DNA of 11,637 nt from IMG/VR virus record IMGVR_UViG_2534681675_000022; one strand, 5' to 3'. Of the stretch, positions 1 through 7,394 are shown piece after piece. Source of the stretch: a virus. Its lineage: Duplodnaviria > Heunggongvirae > Uroviricota > Caudoviricetes. The translations under genes and the position numbers were made by a program. Position 1 is the first letter of the stretch. Each line of letters starts with the position of its first letter. Under the pieces are notes generated by a model, which saw only the letters and a list, made by a program, of their open reading frames with translations, was not told the origin of the DNA and did not search any database.

Positions 1-1218
1 ATGAACAAACTGAGCGATACCTTGCTAAGGAAACTTCATGGTAAGCCAGCGGAGAAAAACACGTTTTATAGCGATGGCGGAAATCTGAGCGTGAAATATT
101 TAACATCAGGGAAATTAACCTGGTATTTCACTTACAGGGCAGGAACGGGAAGAGAGACACGACCGGAACGTATTAAGCTGGGAAATTATCCTGATCTGAG
201 CCTGAAAGCAGCCAGGGAAAAAGCCGCCCAGTGTCGCGCATGGCTGGCGGAGGGGAAAAATCCACGCCATGAGATGAATTACGCCGTACAGGAAGCGTTA
301 AAGCCGGTAACGGTTGGCGATGCGCTCACCTACTGGCTTGAGTCGTATGTAAAGGAAAACCGCGTGGATTATATCGCCCTGAAAAGGCGACTTAATAATC
401 ACGTAATACAGTACATTGGCGCTATGCCGCTGGATAAATGCGAGCTACGGCACTGGCTGGCCTGTTTTGACCAGGTGGCAAAGCGAACACCTGTTACTGC
501 CGGATTCGTGCTACAGACATGCAAGCAGGCGCTTAAGTTCTGCCGGAGGCGGCGCTTTGCAATCAGCAACGTTCTCGATGATCTGAACGTGGCGGACGTT
601 GGGAAAAAACCGGATATAAGCGAACGTGTCTTAAGCACCAAAGAACTGGGCGAGTTATTGCAGGCGCTGGATAAAAAAATATTTTCTCCTTACTACGTCG
701 CGTTAATCCGCCTCCTGATTGTCTTCGGAGCCAGGACGGTAGAACTGAGGTTATCGGAGATCAGCGAGTGGGATTTTACCGAAATGCTATGGACCGTTCC
801 GAAGGAGCACAGCAAAACGAAGGTTGCAATATTCCGGCCCATACCGGAAGCGATCCTGCCGTTCGTCACGCGGCTGGTGGACCAGAACAGGCACACGGGC
901 TTATTACTGGGGGAAGTGAAACAGGAGGCTAGCGTATCGCAGTACGGCAGATTAGCGCACAGGAGGCTAAAACACCCTCAATGGTCATTGCATGACATCC
1001 GGCGCACCTTTACAACCATGCTGAACGATTTAGGCGTTGATCCTCACGTCGTGGAGCAGCTTACAGGCCACCAGATGCCAGGAATGCAACGCGTGTACAA
1101 CCATTCCCGCTATATTGATGCGAAACGCAATGCGCTTGATATGTGGGTGGAGCGGTTGGAGATACTGGCGGGAACACATGAAAACGTAACCACGCTACCA
1201 GTAACCAGAATAAAATAA
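1..1218 (+). CDS. int: Tyrosine integrase, P4-like (N-terminal arm-type DNA-binding domain plus C-terminal catalytic domain)
   Basis: 405-aa ORF. N-terminus (KLSDTLLRKL...FYSDGGNLSVKY...WYFTYR...IKLGNYPDLSLKAAREKA) fits the arm-binding domain pattern of P4-family integrases; C-terminus has H-x-x-R (LHDIRRTF) and a catalytic Tyr context (VYNHSRY). Judged by motif, not by search. Confidence 0.9.
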   Translation: MNKLSDTLLRKLHGKPAEKNTFYSDGGNLSVKYLTSGKLTWYFTYRAGTGRETRPERIKLGNYPDLSLKAAREKAAQCRAWLAEGKNPRHEMNYAVQEALKPVTVGDALTYWLESYVKENRVDYIALKRRLNNHVIQYIGAMPLDKCELRHWLACFDQVAKRTPVTAGFVLQTCKQALKFCRRRRFAISNVLDDLNVADVGKKPDISERVLSTKELGELLQALDKKIFSPYYVALIRLLIVFGARTVELRLSEISEWDFTEMLWTVPKEHSKTKVAIFRPIPEAILPFVTRLVDQNRHTGLLLGEVKQEASVSQYGRLAHRRLKHPQWSLHDIRRTFTTMLNDLGVDPHVVEQLTGHQMPGMQRVYNHSRYIDAKRNALDMWVERLEILAGTHENVTTLPVTRIK

Positions 1219-1401
1219 TTTTTTTCGTGTTTTTTCAGTATGCGCATACTGGATAAGTGCACAGATACAACGTGAAACAATGTGCAACAACGTGACACAA
1301 TCACGAACAAGAGGCCAAAAAGAATACAGATTTGTAAGTTACTGATTTTTAATGCTCAGCTGGTTTTTTATACATTAGTGAATTACGCGTTAAAGCGTGC
1401 G

Positions 1402-1438
1402 AAAAAAGGCATAAAACAAGATTTTATGCCTTTGTATT
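1402..1438. terminator. Hairpin with flanking A-run and T-run; candidate bidirectional intrinsic terminator between int and alpA
   Basis: GGCATAAAA (1408-1416) / TTTTATGCC (1422-1430) 9-bp stem with 5-nt loop, preceded by AAAAAA and followed by TTTGTATT; reads as hairpin plus U-run on both strands. Confidence 0.35.
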
Positions 1439-1592
1439 AACATGAATTTAAATGATTTTATCCTGATTATTCCTCTTTCTGTAAACCATGCGACACCAAC
1501 ATTTGCCAACTCTGAATCATCCTGACACAATCAGACACATCCCAACGCAATAGAACACGAAATAACTCTTTAAGAAACGAAAGGGGGCAATA

Positions 1593-1781
1593 GTGTTAAG
1601 CACTGATCGGTTTATACGTGAAAAAGAATGCGAAAAGCTAACAGGCCTTAGCCGCTCATGCCGCTACCGCCTGGAAAAGGCCGGACAATTCCCATCACGT
1701 CGTAAACTTGGCGGGCGTTCTGTTGGCTGGTCTTTATCTGAGGTTTTGGCCTGGAAGGATAGCTGCAAGGCAGTTCACTAA
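1593..1781 (+). CDS. alpA: AlpA-family phage transcriptional regulator (small HTH protein)
   Basis: 62-aa ORF with GTG start at 1593 and a GGGGG Shine-Dalgarno upstream. Sequence LTGLSRSCRYRLEKAGQFPSRRKLGGRSVGWSLSEVLAW matches the AlpA/prophage CP4-57 regulator signature. Position directly after int is typical of PICI and P4-like islands. Confidence 0.8.
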   Translation: MLSTDRFIREKECEKLTGLSRSCRYRLEKAGQFPSRRKLGGRSVGWSLSEVLAWKDSCKAVH

Positions 1782-1922
1782 AAAGACTGGCGGCACACAG
1801 TCGCCACACATCCACTAATACAGAGATATAACTATGAAGATTGAATATGCGCCCGAACGTGGGCGGGGATTCGTTCGCCCTGGTGAAACTGAAAAACAAC
1901 AAAATTGGGGTTTTTCAGGCAT

Positions 1923-1951
1923 AAAAAAAGCGGCCCCGATATGGAGCCGCC
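1923..1951 (-). terminator. Intrinsic terminator on minus strand, downstream of the 2025-2228 minus-strand ORF
   Basis: On the minus strand: GCGGC stem, 12-nt loop, GCCGC, then seven T residues. Confidence 0.4.
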
Positions 1952-2024
1952 TTTCTGAACAATTAACCTGCTGCGCCTTATGTGTATGTGATCCCAAACA
2001 TAAGCACGGGAATGATAGCCGCTA

Positions 2025-2228
2025 TCAGGCTGGTGGGCAATTACCTTGCTTGTTGGGGCCGTATTGTGCTGCCATTTTCATCCGTTCAGAACGTGAATAT
2101 TTTTTTAGAAACTCATCAAGGACAAAAGCGCATGGAGCGAATCTTTCTGATTCATGCTCGAGCGCCATATTTTCGTGCTCTCTGTTCGTTTTTTGCGATG
2201 GTGTATTGGTTGATTCTTTATTGGTCAT
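2025..2228 (-). CDS. Hypothetical small protein (67 aa), paralog 1 of a duplicated pair
   Basis: ORF begins MTNK, shares the motif F-x-L-[DE]-[DE]-F-[LV]-x-K-Y with the 2686-2913 ORF, is preceded by the same conserved leader and followed by a minus-strand terminator. The overlapping plus-strand ORFs are Cys/Ser/Arg-rich and look non-coding. Confidence 0.45.
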   Translation of the reverse strand: MTNKESTNTPSQKTNREHENMALEHESERFAPCAFVLDEFLKKYSRSERMKMAAQYGPNKQGNCPPA

Positions 2229-2233
2229 TGTGT

Positions 2234-2279
2234 GTACCTGTAAAGCAATGCGCCGGAGTTCCTCACGCCACGGCGCTGA
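2234..2279. repeat. Conserved ~45-bp leader element, copy 1 (5' of the minus-strand ORF 2025-2228)
   Basis: About 44 of 47 positions identical to 2923-2966. On the minus strand it reads ATCAGCGCCGTGGCGTGAGGAACTCCGGCGCATTGCTTTACAGG, containing a GCGCCG/CGGCGC 6-bp stem. Confidence 0.6.
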
Positions 2280-2521
2280 TGTTTTTTATTCTTTGGGTTC
2301 AATACCGCGTTGCTGTAATTCTTTTCGGATTATTCGTTTTATCCAAGCTGCTAAAGAGTCATCACCGTCTTGTTGTTGTGCTTTTTCCATCTTTTCCCGT
2401 AAGTCAGGATCTAAACGGAACTGGAAAGGAGGATTACCACGCCTTTCATTTTTGTGTGTTGACACGTCAATTACACCCCATATAATGTGTTTATGTGTAT
2501 ATACACATTACACACAACTAG

Positions 2522-2566
2522 CACAAAAAACAACGCCCCGCAGTGATGGGAACACATACGGGGCGT
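2522..2566 (-). terminator. Intrinsic terminator on minus strand, downstream of the 2686-2913 ORF
   Basis: ACGCCCCG / CGGGGCGT 8-bp stem with 18-nt loop; on the minus strand it is followed by TGTTTTTTGTGC. Confidence 0.4.
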
Positions 2567-2685
2567 CTAACCAAACCATTAATTGAGGTAACGATTATGG
2601 CTATAAAAGAGCATAGCTTACTCTTTATACACACACAAACGCCCCGGAAACGGAATAATCCGTTTCATAGTTCGGTTTTGTGCAC

Positions 2686-2913
2686 TCATCCTGGCGGTCG
2701 GTTTTTGCCGGATTTAAGCCGCCGTGGGTATTTATCGACAAAATCTTCAAGGGCAAATTTTTCTGGTGGCACTAAGCGCGGCGCTGGTGGTGGTATTTTT
2801 GTTCTGGTTAGTTCTTCCTCAAGTCTGGCGCAGGCTTCTGACTGCCTTTGCCGGATGATTTCATCATCTTGCGTTTGCGTGTCTTGTATTGGTGATAGTG
2901 TGTTGTTGGTCAT
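2686..2913 (-). CDS. Hypothetical small protein (75 aa), paralog 2 of a duplicated pair
   Basis: ORF begins MTNN, contains FALEDFVDKYPRR (compare FVLDEFLKKYSRS in the 2025-2228 ORF), and has the same leader immediately 5'. Confidence 0.45.
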   Translation of the reverse strand: MTNNTLSPIQDTQTQDDEIIRQRQSEACARLEEELTRTKIPPPAPRLVPPEKFALEDFVDKYPRRLKSGKNRPPG

Positions 2914-2922
2914 GTTACTGCC

Positions 2923-2966
2923 CTGTAAAGCAATGCGCCGTAGTACCTCACACCACGGCGCTGATA
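2923..2966. repeat. Conserved ~45-bp leader element, copy 2 (between RHH gene stop and ORF 2686-2913)
   Basis: Near-identical to 2234-2279. The three differences all fall in the loop of the GCGCCG/CGGCGC hairpin, so the stem is preserved. Confidence 0.6.
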
Positions 2967-2970
2967 GTGA

Positions 2971-3150
2971 TTATTCTGATTCTTTGGCCTTGCGGCGCTG
3001 GCGGCGTTTGATCTCGCCTTCAAGTGCCGAAACGATAAATTGCCCTGTACTTTCGCCATCTTCCTTTAAATTTTCTACAGCATCAGCTATTGCGTGTGGT
3101 ACTCGAGCCTCAAGCTTTTTGGATTTTGCATTAACTGCTTTTGTTGCCAT
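2971..3150 (-). CDS. Ribbon-helix-helix (Arc/MetJ/CopG-like) DNA-binding protein, 59 aa; candidate island repressor
   Basis: Internal ATG at 3148-3150 with a GAGGAAA Shine-Dalgarno; the ORF track's longer 106-aa version has a poor N-terminus. MATKAVNAKSKKLEARVPHAIADAVENLKEDGESTGQFIVSALEGEI fits the RHH strand/helix/G-x-S/helix pattern (compare Arc ...NLRWPREVLDLVRKVAEENGRSVNSEIYQRV). Divergent from the rightward operon. Confidence 0.5.
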   Translation of the reverse strand: MATKAVNAKSKKLEARVPHAIADAVENLKEDGESTGQFIVSALEGEIKRRQRRKAKESE

Positions 3151-3171
3151 ATCTGATTTCCTCGTTATTAG

Positions 3172-3251
3172 GTGGCTGACAGTATACACACAAGAAAACG
3201 GAAAAACACTATTGACGTGGCTGACACCCGTTACTAATATAGTGGCTGACA
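3172..3251. promoter_or_regulatory. Divergent control region: three direct repeats GTGGCTGACA overlapping a sigma70-like promoter
   Basis: Perfect 10-bp GTGGCTGACA at 3172-3181, 3217-3226 and 3242-3251. TTGACG (3212-3217), 17-bp spacer, TAATAT (3235-3240) faces the plus-strand operon; repeats overlap the -35 and abut the -10. Confidence 0.5.
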
Positions 3252-3344
3252 CCTTTATCAAGGTAATCGATGAAAAGACAAAGCCCCGCAAGTGTCGTTA
3301 CCACTCGCAGGGCTTCTAACCAACAACGTAAACTAGGAGCCGTT

Positions 3345-3542
3345 ATGGTTGCCGTAAATCATATACCACACCTTGTACACACACAAACTGCCTTTGTGTG
3401 GCGTTTTCTGGCCCTGAGTGCCGGAGAATCTCAAATCATCCACGTCACCGCCTGGACGGAACGCGAAGCGCGTAACCGTTGCCCGTCCGGTTGTGTTGCT
3501 GTATTTGCCGCCCGTATTCGTCAGGAGGTGCGCCATGATTAA
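3345..3542 (+). CDS. Hypothetical protein (65 aa), first gene of rightward operon
   Basis: ATG at 3345 preceded by AGGAG; the longer ORF-track version starts upstream of the RBS. Stop overlaps the start of the next ORF. Confidence 0.5.
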   Translation: MVAVNHIPHLVHTQTAFVWRFLALSAGESQIIHVTAWTEREARNRCPSGCVAVFAARIRQEVRHD

Positions 3543-3747
3543 TCTGTCACTTACTGACCTTAACCGCATTCAGTTTCGTGAGAAATTCACAGGGCAGCTA
3601 CTGGTCAATGTGGATAAAGGTCGCGTGGTGTGTAATTACCACTTACCAGATGAAGCAATTGTCGCCACAAGGGAATCATTACAGGAAATCACAAAACGTG
3701 CCGGAATGATTAACACGAATATTCAGGGGATGCTTTATGCACAATAA
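3535..3747 (+). CDS. Hypothetical protein (70 aa)
   Basis: ATG at 3535 preceded by CAGGAGGTG; translationally coupled to the flanking ORFs. Confidence 0.5.
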   Translation: MINLSLTDLNRIQFREKFTGQLLVNVDKGRVVCNYHLPDEAIVATRESLQEITKRAGMINTNIQGMLYAQ

Positions 3748-3967
3748 AACCACACCGGACGCAGCAGAAGAAGCAATGCAAATACTGATACGTGCGCTCG
3801 TTGATGTTACCCACATGGTGGAGATTATGGAGAGAAAATCACAGTCGGAGCACGACAAAAGAAAACTTAAAACAATAAAAATAATTGCCAAAAACTCGCT
3901 GATAAAAGTTACAGACATCCTTAATGAGGACATTAAAAGAATAAGGGAGAAAATTTGTGATGCATAA
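3737..3967 (+). CDS. Hypothetical protein (76 aa), AT-rich
   Basis: ATG at 3737 with upstream CAGGGGA; Lys/Ile/Glu-rich helical-looking protein; local GC is visibly lower than in neighbours. Confidence 0.5.
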   Translation: MHNKTTPDAAEEAMQILIRALVDVTHMVEIMERKSQSEHDKRKLKTIKIIAKNSLIKVTDILNEDIKRIREKICDA

Positions 3968-4187
3968 AATCCCTTTTGAAGTATTAATCCACTCTGAAAA
4001 CGCATTAATTAAAGCACGCGAAATGAATGCGTTGTTAATTAAATTAATTGAAGTGCCGGAAGGTGGTGAGGAATCAGGTGTATTAATGTTTGCAGCCATT
4101 CAGACATTACTATCGCCTGTTATTGATGAACTGGATAAGGCAATGGCAATTCACGAAAATAATAACGCGCCCCACACCGGAGAATAA
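3957..4187 (+). CDS. Hypothetical protein (76 aa), AT-rich
   Basis: GTG 3957 or ATG 3960 with AAGGGAGA upstream; overlaps the previous stop. Confidence 0.5.
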   Translation: MMHKIPFEVLIHSENALIKAREMNALLIKLIEVPEGGEESGVLMFAAIQTLLSPVIDELDKAMAIHENNNAPHTGE

Positions 4188-4192
4188 AAATA

Positions 4193-4492
4193 ATGAAACT
4201 TAAATATTCTGGCTTAACTGCCAGTGGCAACACTCACCCTAAATTTACGCGCGGTGATATTTACCGCGACCAGTACGGCGGCACGGTAATGATTAAGGGC
4301 GTGGCGGGACGGTGCGTAACTTACCGCCATGAAGGTTACGAATATGATTGCGTGATGCCTGTTTATCAGTTCCGGCGTGATTTTTCTCTGGTACAGACCG
4401 CGCCGCATAACGTGCCCACCAGCAACGCCAGGGCACGGGCAAACATCCAGAAGCTGAAAACCATGATTAACGGATTCAGGGGTAAAAAATGA
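4193..4492 (+). CDS. Hypothetical protein (99 aa), overlaps start of replication gene
   Basis: ATG 4193 with GGAGA upstream; its stop overlaps the ATG of the primase ORF (ATGA coupling). Confidence 0.55.
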   Translation: MKLKYSGLTASGNTHPKFTRGDIYRDQYGGTVMIKGVAGRCVTYRHEGYEYDCVMPVYQFRRDFSLVQTAPHNVPTSNARARANIQKLKTMINGFRGKK

Positions 4493-6237
4493 AACTGGCA
4501 CCGAACGTAAAAAAACAGCCACGCGGAATAAAACACAAAGACACAGAGGTAATTATCTTTGCGGGTAGTGATGCCTGGTCGCACGCGAAACAATGGCAGG
4601 AGCAGGATGGCCCCGCATCCGGCGATAATGTGCCGCCTGTGTGGCTTGGGCCAAAGCAGCTTGCCGAACTTGATGCGCTGAAAATTGTTCCGGATGGGAA
4701 AAAGCGCGTAAGGCTGTACCAGGCCGGAGAACTGGATTTAGTGGAGACCAAAAAGATTGGTCAGAAGCTGGCGGCGGCAGATATTCAGGACGCAAATTTT
4801 TACCACGAAGGAATGCACGTCCAGAAGTGTGAAAACTGGCGGCGCTATCTGAATGCTGAGCGTGAAAATATTGCCGCAGGGCTTACCATGCCGGAGCAGA
4901 AAAATACGCAACTGGCACAAATGGCAGACAGTGAGCGCGCACAGATGCTTGCTGGTCGATTTGATGGCGTTTGTGTGCATCCGGAAAGTGAAATCGTTCA
5001 CGTATGGCGCGGCGGGGTATGGTGTCCGGTCAGCACAATGGAACTTAGCCGCGAAATGGTGGCGATCTATTCAGAGCACAGGGCCACTTTCAGCAAACGC
5101 GTGATCAATAACGCCGTTGAAGCGTTAAAAGTTATTGCCGAACCAATGGGGGAGCCGTCCGGCGATTTGTTGCCGTTCGCCAATGGTGCGCTTGACCTGA
5201 AAACGGGGGAATTTTCCCCGTACACGCCGGAGAACTGGATCACCACGCACAACGGCATTGAGTACACGCCACCAGCACCTGGGGAGAACATCCGCGATAA
5301 CGCGCCAAACTTTCATAAATGGCTTGAGCACGCAGCCGGAAAAGACCCGCGCAAGATGATGCGTATATGTGCCGCGCTGTACATGATTATGGCGAACCGG
5401 TACGACTGGCAGATGTTTATTGAGGCCACCGGAGACGGCGGGAGCGGTAAAAGTACATTCACACACATAGCCAGCCTTCTGGCAGGGAAACAGAACACGG
5501 TAAGCGCTGAAATGACATCGCTTGATGATGCTGGTGGACGTGCGCAGGTTGTCGGGAGTCGTCTTATCGTCCTGGCAGACCAGCCGAAATATACAGGCGA
5601 AGGAACGGGCATCAAGAAAATCACGGGCGGCGACCCCGTGGAAATAAACCCGAAATATGAAAAGCGTTTCACGGCGGTAATCAGGGCGGTGGTGCTGGCG
5701 ACCAATAATAACCCGATGATATTCACCGAACGGGCCGGAGGTGTGGCACGTCGTCGCGTGATTTTCCGTTTCGACAATATTGTTAGTGAGGCCGAAAAAG
5801 ACAGGGAACTACCGGAAAAAATTGCGGCTGAAATCCCCGTTATTATCCGCCGCTTGCTGGCGAACTTTACCGACCCTGAAAAGGCGAGGGCTTTACTACT
5901 GGAACAGCGTGACGGTGATGAAGCACTGGCAATAAAGCAACAGACGGATCCGGTTATTGAGTTTTGCCAGTTCCTGAATTTTCTGGAGGAAGCGCGCGGC
6001 CTGATGATGGGTGGCGGTGGTGATTCAGTGAAGTACACGACCAGGAACAGCCTTTACCGCGTCTATCTGGCGTTTATGGCATACGCAGGCAGGAGCAAAC
6101 CGCTAAACGTGGCTGAGTTCAGCAAGGCCATGAAGCCAGCGGCGAAAGTTTACGGGCATGAATATATTACGCGAAAAGTTAAGGGAGTAACGCAGACCAA
6201 CGCAATTACAACAGACGATTGCGACGCGTTTTTATAA
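4489..6237 (+). CDS. Replication initiator: phage/plasmid primase-associated D5_N-type domain plus P-loop (SF3-helicase-like) NTPase
   Basis: 582-aa ORF. Walker A GDGGSGKST and a Walker B-like hydrophobic stretch RLIVLADQ; central region typical of the P4-family primase C-terminal/D5_N architecture; located directly upstream of an iteron array. Confidence 0.85.
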   Translation: MKLAPNVKKQPRGIKHKDTEVIIFAGSDAWSHAKQWQEQDGPASGDNVPPVWLGPKQLAELDALKIVPDGKKRVRLYQAGELDLVETKKIGQKLAAADIQDANFYHEGMHVQKCENWRRYLNAERENIAAGLTMPEQKNTQLAQMADSERAQMLAGRFDGVCVHPESEIVHVWRGGVWCPVSTMELSREMVAIYSEHRATFSKRVINNAVEALKVIAEPMGEPSGDLLPFANGALDLKTGEFSPYTPENWITTHNGIEYTPPAPGENIRDNAPNFHKWLEHAAGKDPRKMMRICAALYMIMANRYDWQMFIEATGDGGSGKSTFTHIASLLAGKQNTVSAEMTSLDDAGGRAQVVGSRLIVLADQPKYTGEGTGIKKITGGDPVEINPKYEKRFTAVIRAVVLATNNNPMIFTERAGGVARRRVIFRFDNIVSEAEKDRELPEKIAAEIPVIIRRLLANFTDPEKARALLLEQRDGDEALAIKQQTDPVIEFCQFLNFLEEARGLMMGGGGDSVKYTTRNSLYRVYLAFMAYAGRSKPLNVAEFSKAMKPAAKVYGHEYITRKVKGVTQTNAITTDDCDAFL

Positions 6238-6250
6238 TTTTTTGTAAAAG

Positions 6251-6477
6251 CCCTCTACCCCATCTACCTGAATGAAATAAACGCATATTATTCAACATGA
6301 TAAGTGGGTAGAGGGCCAGGTAGAAGGCTAATAAAAGCTCTCTACCTCTTCTACCTGATTTTATCAGTTTCAGATGGCAGGGTAGACGGCAGGTAGAGGA
6401 GCACCAAAAGCTATCTACCCGCTGAAAGCCGCGCCATTACTGACATGATGAGCATTCGGGTAGATGGGTAGAGGGGG
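6251..6477. repeat. Iteron array (candidate replication origin)
   Basis: About 11 copies of GGTAGA[GATC]GG in both orientations, arranged in pairs (CCCTCTACCCCATCTACC; GGGTAGAGGGCCAGGTAGAAGG; CTCTCTACCTCTTCTACC; GGGTAGACGGCAGGTAGAGG; CTATCTACCC; GGGTAGATGGGTAGAGGG) with AT-rich spacers, immediately 3' of the replication gene. Confidence 0.7.
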
Positions 6478-6520
6478 GGAGGCACAACTAAAAACTTTTT
6501 AAACGAGGGGGTGAAAATAA

Positions 6521-6835
6521 ATGCGCATACATCAAAATCACTTAACAAACATGCCAGCCGAAAACATGAATCAGGGGCGACAAATGACCAAAATTCGCAG
6601 AGACAGAACAGAGCCAAAATATAAAGCGTTAGACATGACTGAGCACACCTTAAAGGTGGCAATCAGAACGATAGACCGCCACACGCGGGAAGGATACGCG
6701 AAGGAACATCCCGAACTGATAAGCGCATTCATGACCACAGCGGCGGCAAACTTTGCCACGCTGACAGAACGGGAGATTGCCGAAGCGGAACAGGTAACAA
6801 CCATCAACGTTAAAACCGGAGAGGTGGAATCATGA
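6521..6835 (+). CDS. Hypothetical protein (104 aa)
   Basis: ATG 6521 preceded by GAGGGGGTG; its stop overlaps the SSB start. Confidence 0.5.
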   Translation: MRIHQNHLTNMPAENMNQGRQMTKIRRDRTEPKYKALDMTEHTLKVAIRTIDRHTREGYAKEHPELISAFMTTAAANFATLTEREIAEAEQVTTINVKTGEVES

Positions 6836-7242
6836 CAGCACAGATAGCCGCTTACGGGCGGCTGGTGGACGACCCGCAGGTAAAACAGACCAGCAAGGGC
6901 ACACCGATGACGCTGGCGCGTATGGCGGTCCCCCTTCCGTGCAGCCAGGCAGATGACGGAACGGCTACGTTATGGCTATCGGTGATGGCATTTGGTAAGC
7001 AGGCCGACTTCCTGGCTAAACATCAAAAAGGCGACGTTGCCAGCATATCTGGCGTGATGCAGATAAGCCAGTGGACCGGACTGAACGGGGAAACGCGGCA
7101 GGGTTATCAGGTTATTGCAGACAGCGTAATCAGTGCCCGTGCGGCACGTCCTGGCGGGAACAGACGCAAAACCACAGGCGCACAGGGTAATCAGCCACCA
7201 GCGGGAGACGATGACCCCTACGGTGATGATATTCCGTTCTGA
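6832..7242 (+). CDS. ssb: Single-stranded DNA-binding protein (OB fold) with acidic C-terminal tail
   Basis: 136-aa ORF. N-terminal GRLVDDPQVKQTSKG and the W...FGK...KG...G spacing fit the SSB OB fold; Gly/Gln/Pro-rich linker; C-terminal DDDPYGDDIPF is the canonical SSB tail motif. Confidence 0.75.
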   Translation: MTAQIAAYGRLVDDPQVKQTSKGTPMTLARMAVPLPCSQADDGTATLWLSVMAFGKQADFLAKHQKGDVASISGVMQISQWTGLNGETRQGYQVIADSVISARAARPGGNRRKTTGAQGNQPPAGDDDPYGDDIPF

Positions 7243-7250
7243 ACGCACAG

Positions 7251-7273
7251 GCCGGAGAAAATCCGGCTTTTTG
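7251..7273 (+). terminator. Intrinsic terminator after ssb
   Basis: GCCGGA gaaaa TCCGGC followed by TTTTT. Nearly identical to the terminator at 9517-9542. Confidence 0.7.
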
Positions 7274-7276
7274 TAC

Positions 7277-7325
7277 CCAAAAAAAGCCCGATAAGTACAG
7301 GAGGAAGCTTATCGGGCTTTTGCTT
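7277..7325. terminator. Second hairpin with flanking A/T runs; candidate bidirectional terminator
   Basis: AAGCCCGATAAG (7284-7295) / CTTATCGGGCTT (7308-7319) 12-bp stem, 12-nt loop, preceded by AAAAAAA and followed by TTTGCTT. Confidence 0.5.
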
Positions 7326-7394
7326 ACGAGGTTAACAGCATGGTGACTACTGTTGCTGTAAATCATTTCATAATTTGCAACGCAACTCAATTTT

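Noticed and set aside
1236-1260. Possible LexA (SOS) box near TACTGGATAAGTGCACAG
   Set aside because: It does not fit the CTGT-N8-ACAG consensus (the first half-site is CTGG), and the adjacent perfect palindrome has CAGT/ACTG ends instead.
1834-3319. Long plus-strand ORFs (1834-2586, 1982-2485, 2543-3319) across the leftward module
   Set aside because: Translations are Cys/Ser/Arg-rich and low-complexity, lack ribosome-binding sites, and run antisense to better-supported minus-strand genes with their own leaders and terminators. Judged to be chance ORFs.
5313-6038. 241-aa minus-strand ORF inside the replication gene
   Set aside because: Antisense to a well-supported 582-aa gene with Walker motifs; its composition (Ser/Arg/Pro/Ala-rich) is typical of a GC-rich antisense frame.
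6251-6477. Possible CRISPR array, because of many short repeats
   Set aside because: The repeats are 9-10 bp iterons in both orientations with irregular spacing, not 25-40 bp direct repeats with uniform unique spacers, and no cas genes are present.
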